NCBI RefSeq assembly: GCF_046119375.1
Contig: NW_027362763.1
Coordinates: forward strand, 236,716,001-236,780,000
Direction: 5' to 3'
Length of the DNA: 64,000 bases
Source of the DNA: Phyllobates terribilis
Taxonomy: Eukaryota
Each line of letters begins with the position of its first letter. The first letter of the stretch is position 1. The translations under genes and the position numbers were made by a program. The notes beneath the pieces were generated by a model, which saw only the letters and a list, made by a program, of their open reading frames with translations, was not told where the DNA came from and made no database searches. Of this stretch, positions 35,147-47,730 are shown piece by piece.

Positions 35147-37000
35147 GTACTGTGCATTGTGCATTATAGCAATTATGTTTGTTTGAAAAACTTCATATAT
35201 TTAGTATCACTATACATATAAAAGGAGTGATAGGATTATATTGTACTATTGAAAAAAAAAAGATTTTCTTTCGATATCAGATTAACCCCTTTACACCGAA
35301 GGTGGTTTGCACGTTAATGACCAGGCCAATTTTTACAATTCTGACCACTGTCAATTTATGAGGTAATAACTCTGGAGCACTTCAACGAATCCCACTGATT
35401 CTAAGATTGTTTTTTGTGACATATCGTACTTCATGATAGTGGTAAAATTTCTTCGATATGACTTGCGTTTATTTGTGAAAAAATCGGAAATTTGGCAAAA
35501 ATTTTGAAAATGTCCTTATATAAGAGTGATATGTCACACAAAATAATTAATAAATAACATTTCCCACATGTCTACTTTACATCAGCACAATTTTGTAAAC
35601 AATTTTTTTTTTTTGTTAGGGAGCTATACGGGTTAAAAGTTAACCAGCAATTTCTCATTTTTTCAACAAAATTTGCAAAACCATTTTATTAGGAACCACA
35701 TCATATTTGAAGTGACTTTGAGGGGCCTTTATGACAGAAAATACCCAAAAGTGACATCATTTTAAAAACTGAACCCCTCAAGGTGCTCAAAACTACATTC
35801 AAGAAGTTTATTAACCCTTCATGTGCTTCACAGGAATTTTTGGAATGTGGAAGAAAAAATTAACATTTTTTCACAAAAATGTTATTTTAGACCCCAATTT
35901 TTTTCATATTTGCAAGAGTTACAGGAAAAAATGGTCCCCAAACTTTGTTGTTCAATTTCTCCTGAGCACACCAATACCCCATATGTGGGGGAAAACCACT
36001 GTTTGGGCGCACAGCATGGCTCGGAATGGAAGGAGTGCCATTTTACTTTTTGAATGTAAAATTTGCTAGAATAATTAGCAGACACCATGTTGCATTTGGA
36101 GAGGCCCTGATGTTCCTAAACAGGGGAAACCCCTCAAAAGTGACACCATTTTGGAAACTAGACCCTTCAGGGAACTTATCTAGATGTGTTGTGAACACCT
36201 TGAACCCACAGGTGCTTCACAGAAGTTTATAACATTGAGCCGTAAAAATAAAATTTTTTCATTTTTCCAACAAAAATGTTTTTTACCCTCCAATTTTGCA
36301 TTTTCATAAGGGTAACAGGAGAAATTGCACCATACCATTTGTTGTACAATTTCTTCTGAGTACGCAGATACTCCATGTGGGAGAAAACCACTATTTGGGC
36401 GCACGGCAGATTTTGGAAGGGAAGGAGCGCCATTTGACTTTTTGAATGTAAAATTTGCTTGAATAATTAGCGGATGCCATGTTGCGTTTGGGGAGTCCCT
36501 GATGTGCCTAAGTAGTGGAAACCCCCCAACTTATCTAGGTGTGTGGTGAGCACCCTGAACCCACAGGAGCTTCACAGAAGTTTATAAAAATAAAAAAATC
36601 AAACTTTTTCCACAAAAATGATCTTTTAGCCCCAACAAGTTTTATTTTCAAAAGGGTAAGAGGAGAAAATTGACCCCAAAAACAGTTCTGCAATTTCTCC
36701 TGAGTACGCCGATACCCCATACGTGGGGAAAATACACTGTTTGGGTGCATGGCAGGGTTCAGAAGGGAAGGAGCACTGTGTGACTTTTTGAACACAAAAT
36801 TGTCTGGAATCGAGAGCGGACGCCATGTCAAGTTTGGAGAGTCCCTGATGCACCTAAATAGTGGAAACCCCCACAAGTGACCCCATTTTGAAAACTAGAC
36901 ACCTCAAGGATTTCATCAAGAGGTATAATGAACATTTTGAACCCAGAGTTACGACACAGAATTTGATAACATTAGGTCATCATATTGAATAAGTTGTCAT

Positions 37001-37300
37001 TAGTCTTGAGAGCAAGTGCTCGCTACTTGAGTTTGCATTGGGTACTCGGGTATGCACCATGTATCGCGGGTGCTCAAGTCACATGCTGAAGTCCCCGCCC
37101 CGCGTGTTTCATGGTTGTTAGACACCCAAAAAAAAACATGTGGAGATCGCTCGAGCATGGCAGGCAATCCCCGCAAGGTTTTTTGGCCATGAAGCATATG
37201 GGGAAGAGGCTCAAGCATGCCACTTGAGCACCCGTGATACTCGGTGCATACCCGAGAACCCGATGAAAACTCAAGTAGCGAGCACTTGCGCTCAATAATA
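37001..37300. mobile_element. hAT MITE
   Basis: Long inverted arms (GAGCAAGTGCTCGCTAC / GTAGCGAGCACTTGCGCTC). Termini resemble the large hAT TIR. Decayed 8-bp TSD GTTGTCAT/GTCGCCAT. Confidence 0.8.
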
Positions 37301-37344
37301 GTCGCCATATTGTCATAAAATTTTTTTTTTACTTTTGAAAAAAT

Positions 37345-37628
37345 TCCAACCCCAACACAACCATAACCCTAGCACAACCCTAACCCTAGCACAACCCTAA
37401 CCCTAACCCTAGCACAACCCTAACCTTAGCACAATCCTAACCCTAGCACAACCCTAACCCTAGCACAACCCTAACCCTAACCCTAGCACAACCCTAACCC
37501 TAACACAATCCTAAACCTAACCCTAGCACAGCCCTAACCATAGCACAACCCTAACCATAGCACAACCCTAACCTTAGCACCACCCTAACCGTAACACAAC
37601 CCTAACCCTAACACAACCCTAACCCTAG
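37345..37628. repeat. Telomere-like minisatellite of CCCTAA interleaved with CCCTAGCACAA
   Basis: Directly visible repeat units. Confidence 0.92.
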
Positions 37629-40014
37629 AGGGTTTTTTTCCACCATTCCTCATGCAGTATAAGTGATTAGATGACTTTATTCTTCGGGTCGGTGCGACAG
37701 TATTTTTTACCATGTTCACTAAAGGGGTTAACTAGTGGGATAGGTCAAATCGTTCCAGATGCGGTGATACCAAATACGTGTACTTTTTTTGTTTATTTTT
37801 TTTTTCGTAATAATATTTATTTATGGGTACAGTATATTTTAATTTTTTTTGGATTATTTATTTCATTTTGTTTAATATTTTTGCAATTTTTTAATTTTTT
37901 TTGTTCACTTTCTGACACTTTTCTTTACTTTTACACTTTGTCCCACTATGGGACTTTGATTTTTTTGCAGACTGATCACTTGCATAGCATAGAGATGCAG
38001 CAGCGTGTCAGCGCTGCACAGGCAGAAGTTACTTTGATGATGTACTGCGCATGATCAAAGTAACTTCCTGCTGCCTGGTGACCCAGATGTCGTCAGGACG
38101 ACATTGGGTCACCATGACAACTACTGGGACCCAACACAGATAGCACGGGATGCTTGAGAGGAGGTAAGTAGGTCACGCTTACCTCCCCTTGTTCCCGGAA
38201 TCCTGCGTGATCGCAGTGCGCGTAATAGTATGTACCTGGTCCAAGAGGCCCTGGTCAGTACGGCATACTATTACTGAGCACGTCAGAAAGGGGTTAAAGC
38301 CACATCTTTACGCAAAAATGAAAAAAAATCACCTTTTTAAATGTTACATTTACTGTGGCCTCTTAGACAACTAAAGACCCTGGCCCTAAAAGGAAAAAAT
38401 CTTACTGCTTATAAATTTCCAATTTAATAAGCCTGCTTGCCGTTTCTAGTATTACCACAAGTTTACCCATAAACTTGAGTGACACTTGCCATTGTATGTG
38501 GGTGTGGTACCCTACATGGAAACATATTCCAAGGCACCATGTACAAAGTCATGTTATAAAATGGCATAAAATCATAAAAGCGCTGAAATAGAGGTGTCTA
38601 TGGTACCTTTAAATGACTGTTATTTTATACAGAGGTATAAAGAGGTATTTTTATTTGAGTGTTCTAAAAAAGAGATCCAGGGAATTTGTCTGGTGGCCAT
38701 ATATCGACTCAGGAAATAATATTTCTCCTAATATGGGGCAATTAGCATCTGCCTCATGGGGTTTTTACCTTTCACTGAATCAACATGTTAGGTTATAGCA
38801 TGAACTAGATGGACTTGTGTCTTCTTTTAATCATAAAATATGCAAACTCTGGTATGCCCTTTGAGAAGATCTATGTACAAAGAATTCTCCCTTAGGAGTT
38901 TTGCTTTATGTGCCACCATGCCATATGCACGAGACCTAAGGATGAGCAAATATTTCTCATAGTAAAAATATTTAAACTCATTTTATGGGCAGAAGATTAC
39001 AGTTTAGGTGACGCTCGGCTGACACAATAGTAAGTGGTAGTTGTTAGATCAACTTCACTTGAAGGACGGAACGCGCTCAGGGATTGAGCAAGTTCACATT
39101 AAATAGAGGAATCGGCTAGGTGGTGGTGCGCTGCCTAGGAAATATATAAAGTGCAATATTCATCAAATTTTCTATTGAAGGCCACAAATTGACAGATCAC
39201 AAACCGTTTTTCGGCTCTGGACAGGAGCTTTCATCAGGCACATGTTTAGCATACTTATACCATATCATAAACACAATTCAGACCTGTGTATTGCAATGGC
39301 ACATATAAATTCAATGCATTGAATGAGACTTAATTTTATACAAAGTCCTTGTAACGGCAGGCTATTTTTATCAAGGTGCAGAAAATAAGAAATGTCCCTC
39401 TCAGCCCTTTCTTCTGTCCATACACAATACCAAGAACAATGCACTGAGCTATAAGGGCTGACCTACTTCTTACAAAAGACTTTTCCATCAATATTGCTTG
39501 GGCATAAAATGTTATTAATATTCTATGCAAACAAGTGTCAAGGCGAAATAAGTAAAATGCTCTGTTTGACTACTAATTGGAATTATATTCCTTATGGCAA
39601 TTTGAAATTTTTGTCAGAATTTATATTTTTTTCTTTCTTGATTATTCTAAAGATTATTGTAAAAAAAATAAATAAAGAATTAAAAAAAAATCCTAAATGT
39701 GTTATTTCATGTCTGAAAGGTTTAAATGTTAGTATCCTACTGTTTAACAGGCTCAAGTGCTGAAAGCTTTTTCATGCAATTACCAAACACTTCATTACAC
39801 GGAAGTTCTTTCACTTTTGTGTATTAATCGATGGCTTTGTCCTATCCTGCATTAGCACATTATTTTTCAGAGAGACCAACCAGAAACATTTTAATTAGCA
39901 TGATTTGCATATTTCACTGAATCACAGATGTAATCTTTTAAACTGGAAATGCTCCATGATAAGACTCCCAAAAAAGCAGATAGGTTCAAAGAAAGTTAAA
40001 GTAGTCTCAAAACA

Positions 40015-40483
40015 TTAAAGATGCACTCCTATCAAAGTTTTTATCCTTTTAATATATTGCAATCATATTATATTGCACTGTGTACTTACAATTGCTCAGT
40101 TTGCCTTTCTACACAGGTAATTGTTCTATTTTCCATTAGGTCTACGGCATCACTTGATTACAAACTGGTTAAATGAATCCTTCCAAGTGCTATGTAGAAG
40201 TAGAGAGTCTATATTCCCTGCATGAGAATTATAATTTTACATCACTGCAAAATCGCTGGCAGTCCAGCACCATCACGTATTCAAAGAGACTTAATGTTTC
40301 TACATAGAGCTTAGAAGAATCCAGCTAGTCAGTTTTTAATCATGTGATGTCATAGACCTAATGGAAAACAGAAGAATTAACTGGGAGAAGGGCAAAATGA
40401 GAAATTTTAAGTACACAGTGCTATATAATATGATGGCTGCAATATATTAAGAGAATAAAAATTTGATGGGAGTGTTTCTTCAA
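40015..40483. mobile_element. Decayed TTAA-type MITE with long inverted arms
   Basis: TTAAAGATGCACTCC...CTTACAATTGCTCA at the left. Reverse-complement arm at 40385-40483 ending GGAGTGTTTCTTCAA. Confidence 0.7.
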
Positions 40484-40587
40484 TGGGTTAATGTTACGAT
40501 CTTCCAGGAATGTCTCATTGGGGGGCATCCAACTCCCACTCATTGGACATCGATGTGATGTGCTACATGATAGCAGTGTTAGGGATT

Positions 40588-42450
40588 CGAGATGAGCAAA
40601 CCTTTCAAGGTTCGATTCAGTTCCGATCAACAAATTTCACGGAGTTCGTTGAACAGTTCGTATAACATATACAAATTCCTTTGCATTCAAACAAAATGCA
40701 TAGACAATACCTTTAAAGATGCAACAAAGCTTCTAAAACAGCTCAAATTAGGGGCAGACACCAGGAAAAGTGGCATCAATTGACCCACAGTACAAATTTT
40801 ATAATGGCACATCAGAAGTCAGCCATGGGCCATGCATGAGGTATCAGGGTCTGGACCAGCATTTACAGCTTTTAATTTAACTTCAAAGTAAGATGAGGTG
40901 AGAGAGGGATCGGTGTACGCCTGCTGTGCTGGGATCCCTGATACCTCATGCAACAGCACAAGCTGCTTTTCTGCTCAGCCACCCTCAGGTGGCACAAACA
41001 TCAGTTTCATAGAGTACTATTGGCAGAAAAATTTCAGGATAGTGGCACAGGTAGTTGACTGAAAGTAAGTGAAGGCCTGCCAGTCTGGGAGCCCTACTGC
41101 TATAGTCAACACACATTAAGGAGACCAAACTCGGAGTCTCCACATTTCATAAAATTAGGGTCAGAAACCACCAATGTGGCATCAATTTCACCAGAGTAGA
41201 AATAGTATAATGGGGACTGACACCCCTTCCACTACAGGAAACACACCAGATGGAGCCAAACCAGAAGTCTCCACATGTCAAAAAATTATTGATAACATCA
41301 GAAGCAGTAGCAACAGCAGGTACAGAAGACACAACAAAGATATCGCAGACTGCAATAACGCAAGATCAATGCAGCACACTAAAAATGACACCATTGCCTA
41401 GTCTGTACAGTTTGCGATTGGGGTGCAAAAGTCCTTGGAGATCCATGACTTGTTCATCTTGATGAACTTTAGGAAGTCTACACTTTCAAGACAGCCAGAT
41501 GCGCTTATCCGTCAGGACAACAACAGCAGCGCTGAACACTTGTTCTGAGAGAACGCTGGCCGCCGGGCATGACAAAATCTCCAAGGTGTGAAAGGCAAGA
41601 TCAGGCCACTCTTCCATTTTTGAAGACCAAAATGCAAAAGGGTCCAAACTCTCCCTGATGGCATTGATATTGAGCATGAGATACTCCTGAACCACCCTCT
41701 CTAGTCGTTCACTCCGTGTCAGACTTGTACTCTGTTGTGCTAGTGCACAGGCTGGTCTAAAAAATATGTGAAACTACTCACAGAAATTGCTTCTGCCACT
41801 TATACTGCTGCAGCTGTTAATGTTTTTGTGTTGACAAATTGATGTTACCGAGGTTGGAAGTTTAGAGCTGCAATGCACACTGTGTGCCTCACTGCTGTCT
41901 TGGGGAAAACCATTCTTAATGTTGTCTAAAAGCATGTTTCGATACTCCAGCATGCGCGCGTCCCATTCCAGGGTGGTAAGAATCTGGCCAAATTGACTTT
42001 TATATCATGGATCTAACAGAATGGCAACCCAGTAGTCAGCACTATTTTGACTCCTAACAAAATAGGGATCATGTTGCAGATAGTGCAGCAAGAAGACGCT
42101 CACGTGTCGGGCTCTTCCATGAAGTCCAAGTTCATGGTGTGTTGGTGGCAGGGTAACACTGAAGCTTGCTTCCTCCGGACCCTACTCCCAACCACGGACA
42201 ACAGAGAGGGTATCATTAACTAGAGATAAGCAAACATTTCAATGTTCGGTTCGGAAATGTTTGCCAAATATTTAGACATTCGCCGATTTTATTCGTCGAA
42301 TGTTTGTCAAACATTGCCGAACGCCATAGGATTCAATGGGGGGACAAAAAAAAAGCATATACAACATCTTCAAACGGGCCCAAAATCTGCCGAAACACAT
42401 CAAATAAGGGTTAGACACCAGGGAAGTGCCATCAATTGACCCAGAGTACA
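40588..42450 (-). mobile_element. Decayed hAT relatives: two TIR-like starts (about 40588 and 42221) and a C-terminal transposase fragment
   Basis: GAGATGAGCAAAC and TAGAGATAAGCAAAC, each followed by GTTCG motifs. DPFAFWSSK...LSCPAASVLSEQVFSAA at 41486-41695. Confidence 0.8.
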
Positions 42451-42454
42451 AGTA

Positions 42455-45400
42455 CTATAATTATTATTACTATTACAGCAACATTTATTCCGTGACGCAT
42501 TACATGTCAAAAGGGGTAGCTGACTGGTAGAAGAGGAGAGAGGATCCTGCCTGCCAGGGTGCACAAACAATGTACAAGGGATGGGTGAGGGTACAGTATG
42601 TCAGGGTACAGATAGTCGTGCAGCAGTATGCTGGAGCGAGGGTTACCGCAGATTGTACACTTGTCACAAGAAGTGGGTCTTCAGCTTCTTTTTTAAGGTT
42701 TCCATGGTAGGCGACAGTCTGATGTGTTGGGGTACAGAGTTAGACAGTAGGGGAGATGCACGAGACAAATCTTGTATGCGATTGTGGCAAGAAGAGATAA
42801 GAGGGAAGTAGAGAAGGAGATCTTAGAAGGATGGGAGGTTGCATGCAGGTAACTAGAACAGGGAGACTAGATCACACATGTGTGGCGCCCCTGATGGTTC
42901 GACCGCCACAGGGATGCTGCACCTCTTTAATGGGGTGTAGTGTTCCTCCTTTGAGGTAAGAACAGTGAGATGGTCAGGACTCTACCTCCACATCCAACGC
43001 CACACTTCTCCCACCAGAAGGGGCTAGTAGGCACTAGGTGCTGCCCCTACTGGAAATCGGGAGACTGGGGAACCAAGAGATAGGGGAACCAACTAGTGGG
43101 TGAGGGTGGAGGACTCACATTTTAGTGACACCTTAAATTTAATATTTAATACACAGCCATTTTGGTTCTGGGTTCTTTGATCGTGACCTCCCTCCCTGAG
43201 CGTGGATCCTGTGTGGACATGCAGAGGATGGAGGCACGGCCCTCGTACCCTGGCCTTGGGTCGAGGGGCAGGTTGCAGATAATGTATGTCTCAGCCCGGT
43301 CAAGGACCATGACCAAGAAGGCCCGAAGCTTAGGAGTGTAGCTTCACCGCAAATGGATCCCAGGGGTATGCAGACGGAGCGGTATACGCCACCTGTCCTC
43401 GCCAACCTGATCTATTCAGAGGGATTCCGGCTGCAAGAGGGGTACCGGCCCCCGACACCTGACCTTGCCACTCTACGTCCTGGTCAGGGAAGTCCGGTAG
43501 GCCCTGAGGATCCCACCGGGTAATGGAAGGAGAGGAGCGGCCACCCGTACCCTTTTTCTGAGTGAAGTTCAGAGGGAGACCCGGCCTATCTACACACACA
43601 CAGACAGGAAAGGACCCGGTCTGAAGTCTAGGAACACTCTGGTGCGGGGGCCTGATTGAACACTGGACTTACTCGGAGGTTGTCGGACCCCTCTGTCTCT
43701 GGTGACCGCAGAACTCCACGAGGAGCAGGGAGAAGCCTTTCAACTGCAATCTCCACCGTGAGTAAAAACCCTAGAAGTTAACCCCTATGGCCTCCGGACT
43801 CTTTATTCTGCATTACACGGCACTACACAGCACCAGACCTCCTAGACTAAAACCCCCTCCATCCTGGCTCTCTGCCCTGAGGCCCTGCTCCGCCTTTGGG
43901 GAGTAGTAACAATGACGGCTGCCATAACATCCTGCCTCAGCGGTCTGCAGCAGTGCTGGTGGCCTTCACCAGGTGCCACAGGTGGCGTAGTCGAGATCAG
44001 CCACTCAACCCGGATAAGCCCATACCACCTCTTTTTAGTGTGACGGCCCTGGGCACGGAGCGGGTCCGGGTCACGGCTGCACCCCATCTACAACACAGGA
44101 CCCGGCTCCGAGTCCCCCATCTCCCAGGGTAGGACTTCCAGCGTTGCACACATGTATGGAGGAGAAAGGTTTTCGATGGCTTGGTATGGCAAAGTTAGGT
44201 TTTTCAACTGGAGTCTCTGGGCAACAGGGAGCCAGTGCAGAAATTGACAGAGGGGAGAAGCCTGGAAATAGCAGGATGACAGGTGGATTAATCGACCAGA
44301 ACAGTTTAGGATAGATTGGAGGGGTGCGAGAGTGGTAGAAGGTAGGCCACAGAGCAGGAGCTTGCAATAGTCGAGGCAGGAGATGATGAGGGTGTGCACT
44401 GGTGTTTTTCTACATTCATGTTTGAGGAATGTGCAGATCCCCGAGATACTTTGGAGTTGGAGTCAGCAGCAAGTGGAAAGAGCTTGGATTTGCCGTTTTA
44501 AGGATAGATCAGAGTCAAGCTTGCGGGACAGGGGAGAGTGGGCAGCCATTCACTTTGATGGATAGGTCAGTTAAGGGTGATGAATGAGATGGTGGAAAGA
44601 TGATGCATTCTGTTTTATCCATGTTAATTTTTACAAATCTAGCAGAGAAGAAAGATTAAATATAGGACACACATTGTGGGATTCTGGTTAGTAAGGAGGT
44701 GATATAAGGTCCAGAGAGATAGATCTGTGTGTCATCAGCATAGAGGTAATACTAAAAGTCGTGAGACCATGAGCTGTCCCAGGCCGAATATGTAGATGGA
44801 GAAGAATCTTAGGGGACACCAACACATAGGGGGTGAGATGAGTAGGTGGTGTGTGAGTGGGAGATACTGAATGTCCTGTCGGTTAGGTATGAAAATATCC
44901 AAGAAAGTGCCAAGTCTTTGATGCCGAAAGATGAGAGTCTGTAGTAAGAGGGTATGGTCTACTGTGTCGAAGGCAGATGACAGGTCTAGGAGGAGGAAGG
45001 CAGTGTAGTCTGGCTTGGATTTGGCAGTTAGTATATCATTGGTGACTTTAGACAGGGCAGTTTCAGTGGAATGGTGAGGTTGAAAGCCTGATTGTAAGCG
45101 GTCAAAGAGGGAGCAGGAGGAGAGGTGGGAGGACAATTCAAAATAGATGTGTTTATCCAGTAGTTTGGAGGTATAGGGGAGAAGTGAGATTGGGCGATAG
45201 CTAAACATAGGATGGGTCAAGGGAGGGGTTTTGGACGATGGGTGTGAATGAGGTATGTTTGAATCATGATGGGAAGACACCAGTTGTTACTGATAGGTAG
45301 AAGAGGAGGGTTAGGTTTGGGATGAAGACTGTGCTACGGTTTGGAATGAGGTGGGATGGTATTAGGTCAAATTCACAGGCGGTGAGATGTGATTTGGAGA

Positions 45401-45720
45401 GTAAAGATGAAGTTCCGTAATGGCGGAGAAGCTAGTTTTGGAGGAGGAGAGTTGAGTCGTTATGAGAGAGAAGGGGCTGTTGGGACTTTAAACAAAAGCT
45501 TTGCCCTATGTTGTCAATCTTCTGCTTAAAGAATGAGGCTAAGTTTTCAGCTGAGATGAGAGGAGAGGAGAGGGAGAGGGAGATTGTGGACAAGGGAGGG
45601 ACTTGAAAGTACTGAATAGCTGTTTAGGGTTGTGAGACACGTATGATATGAGAAATGAGAAGTAGGTTTGTTTTGCTGCAGTGAGCAATTGTGCAGCATT
45701 TTGAAAACTTCTATTACTGG
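42455..45720 (-). mobile_element. Decayed L2-type LINE, interrupted by a solo LTR
   Basis: YRPISLLP...QSGF..HSTETAL.KVTND...LLLDLSSAFDTVDH and IISCLDYC..LL.GLP...LHWLPV. (ATT)n tail near 42455. Confidence 0.85.
42881..44150 (+). mobile_element. Solo LTR (Gypsy-type)
   Basis: TGTGGCGCCCC...GCGTTGCACA with 4-bp TSD CATG. Its 3' end resembles that of 18084-19228. Confidence 0.85.
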
Positions 45721-46129
45721 ACTGCACTCCCTTTCTTTGGCAGTTGCACAGTGGTACGCCTTGTTGATGATGGACAGTAAGAACATTTGCTCCAGTAGAT
45801 AACAAACGCTGCATCAAGTGGCTTCTGCTCCTCTTCCTCCACATTAACATCACACACAGTACAGTCCTCAGAAGAGGCACCCCAATTAGCCTTGTTTTCA
45901 CGCATGTCACAACTCTCCAACTTGCCAACTGATTGTGGAGAAGCACAGATGTGCAAGTCTGCAGAGCTGTTAACACATTCTATTCCGGAGCATCAGAGGT
46001 CAGATCCAAAGCTTCACAGACTCAAGAGGGGGAAAGCATGTGTAGCCATGTCCCAAATTTTTTTCAGTTGAACTTGGCCCAGGCGAAGTAGGGTCCAAGA
46101 AGAATCCAAACCCTTGTCACAAGACGCTA

Positions 46130-46420
46130 ACCCCTGGGGATGGGCATGGATGGGTTGGAGAAAGAAATAAATACACACCAGAACATGGAGAACTAAACTA
46201 ATATACAACAGGGGTTGCAGAACAAAACTACTAAACAACTAGGATTGGAGAATGAAACAAATACACACCAGAACATGGAGAACTAAACTAATAGAAAACA
46301 GGAGTTGGAGAACTAAAATAATATAACAACAGGGGTTGAAAAACTAACCTACTAAACAGCTAGGGCTTGAGAACTAAACCACTACACACCAGAACATGGA
46401 TAACTAAACCACTAGACACC
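46130..46420. repeat. Degenerate ~30-bp minisatellite
   Basis: Recurring GGAGAACTAAAC followed by either TACACACCAGAACAT or TACAACAGGGGTT. Confidence 0.75.
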
Positions 46421-46479
46421 AAGGTTTCACTACACAGCAATTGTTGGAATCCTCAAGGCTTGCAGGACAAACCTCTGTA

Positions 46480-46925
46480 TCTAACACTTCCTCCAGTGCC
46501 TCTGCATCCTCCACCTCCCCTAGGGCCTCCACCTGTGCCCTCAACCACTGTCTTACTGAGACTCACGTCCCAGCAGTGCAGAGAGAATCCCCCCACCTCT
46601 GTACTGCGCAGCCAGGTCTCACCGCAATCAGGCAGTGTTGAAATTAATATGCCTTGGAGATCGCAGTCATACAGCTGAAGAGTTGTGGACAGCTCCCCAG
46701 GCCGAGTTTGAACAATGGCTGTCTCCACTGAACCTGGAGCAAGGGAAGGCTATGTGCGATAACAGTGCAAACCCAGGGGTGGCCCTACATTGGGGAAACC
46801 TCAGACACGTGCCTTGCATGGCACGCATCCTCAACCTGATGGTACAGCAATTTCTCCGCCACTATCCCGGCCTGGGTGCACTGCTGCTGAAACCACAGTC
46901 TCTGCATGCTCACTCAAAACTATAA
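46480..46925 (+). pseudogene. hAT transposase fragment
   Basis: LICLGDRSHTAEELW...GKAMCDNSAN...VPCMARILNLMVQQFL, homologous to 10600-11451. Confidence 0.88.
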
Positions 46926-47390
46926 AAATGAGCAGGATCTTTAGTATAAAAGCCAGACTACTAGACAATGGGCAAACGCCTTCATGATGATAGAGGCCAC
47001 CATCTTCTTAGCTAGCTTGGACTTTTCTGTGGGAATGAGCTTGTCTCCAACCAGCCAGGAATATTCAGTGAATGGCATGCCATGGTTTGGTATTAGCACC
47101 CAGTACCAGAAGCAAAGCCATCCACAATTTCCGTACCTCAGGAATTTTATTTGGTAAACTGGCTGAGCAAGCATTAGTTTCTCACAAAGGAGCTGGAGAC
47201 ACTGAGTGGCAGTTGGTGCAAGTTTCACCAGCATGACTTGTCTGTTATTGTTAGATATCAAAGGGAGAACATAACTGGGCTTTGCCAAGGTGCCATATTG
47301 CATCTTAAGTCTTATAGTCCCTGCACTTGCGGCCTTACATTCTACAGGATGGTGGGGAAGGAGACAGTAGTTCGTGGGGTTGCATTAGCC

Positions 47391-47730
47391 TCAGTAGTGT
47401 TGAGGTGAGGTGGCAGGGGAGACAATAGCAGGCTGTAGGCTGTCTTGAAGAGATGGGTTTTCAGGTTGTGTCTGAAGGATCTGACTGTGTTGAGGCACAG
47501 AATTACAGAGGATGGGGGATATTTGGTAGAAGTATTGGAGGTGATTAGGTGAAGAACAAATAAGTGTGGAAAGAAGGAGATCTTGGGAGGACCGGAGATT
47601 ACGTAAGAGAATATATCGGGAGATTAGTTCAGAGATGTATGGAGAAGAAAGGTTAGGGATGGCTTTGTACGTCAGTGTTAGTAGTTTGAACTGGATATGC
47701 TGGGCAATTGGGAGCCAGTGAAGGGATCTT
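47391..47730 (-). mobile_element. L2 LINE 3' fragment
   Basis: LHWLPIAQHIQFKLLTLTYKAI..LSSPYISELI. Confidence 0.8.

Larger units (their letters stand above)
35282..38297. mobile_element. Non-autonomous piggyBac-like element with internal ~400-bp repeats
   Basis: TTAA-CCCCTTT ... AAAGGGG-TTAA ends. Repeated blocks CCCCATTTTGGAAACTAGAC and TTTCTCCTGAGTACGC recur across 35720-36900. No ORF. Confidence 0.65.

Noticed and set aside
37345-37628. True telomere or chromosome fusion scar
   Set aside because: It is short, mixed with a non-telomeric 11-mer, has no head-to-head inversion, and lies within a transposon.
38690-38835. Possible short CR1 3' fragment (GAACTAGATGGACTTGTGTCTT)
   Set aside because: Too short and decayed to bound or confirm without a library search.
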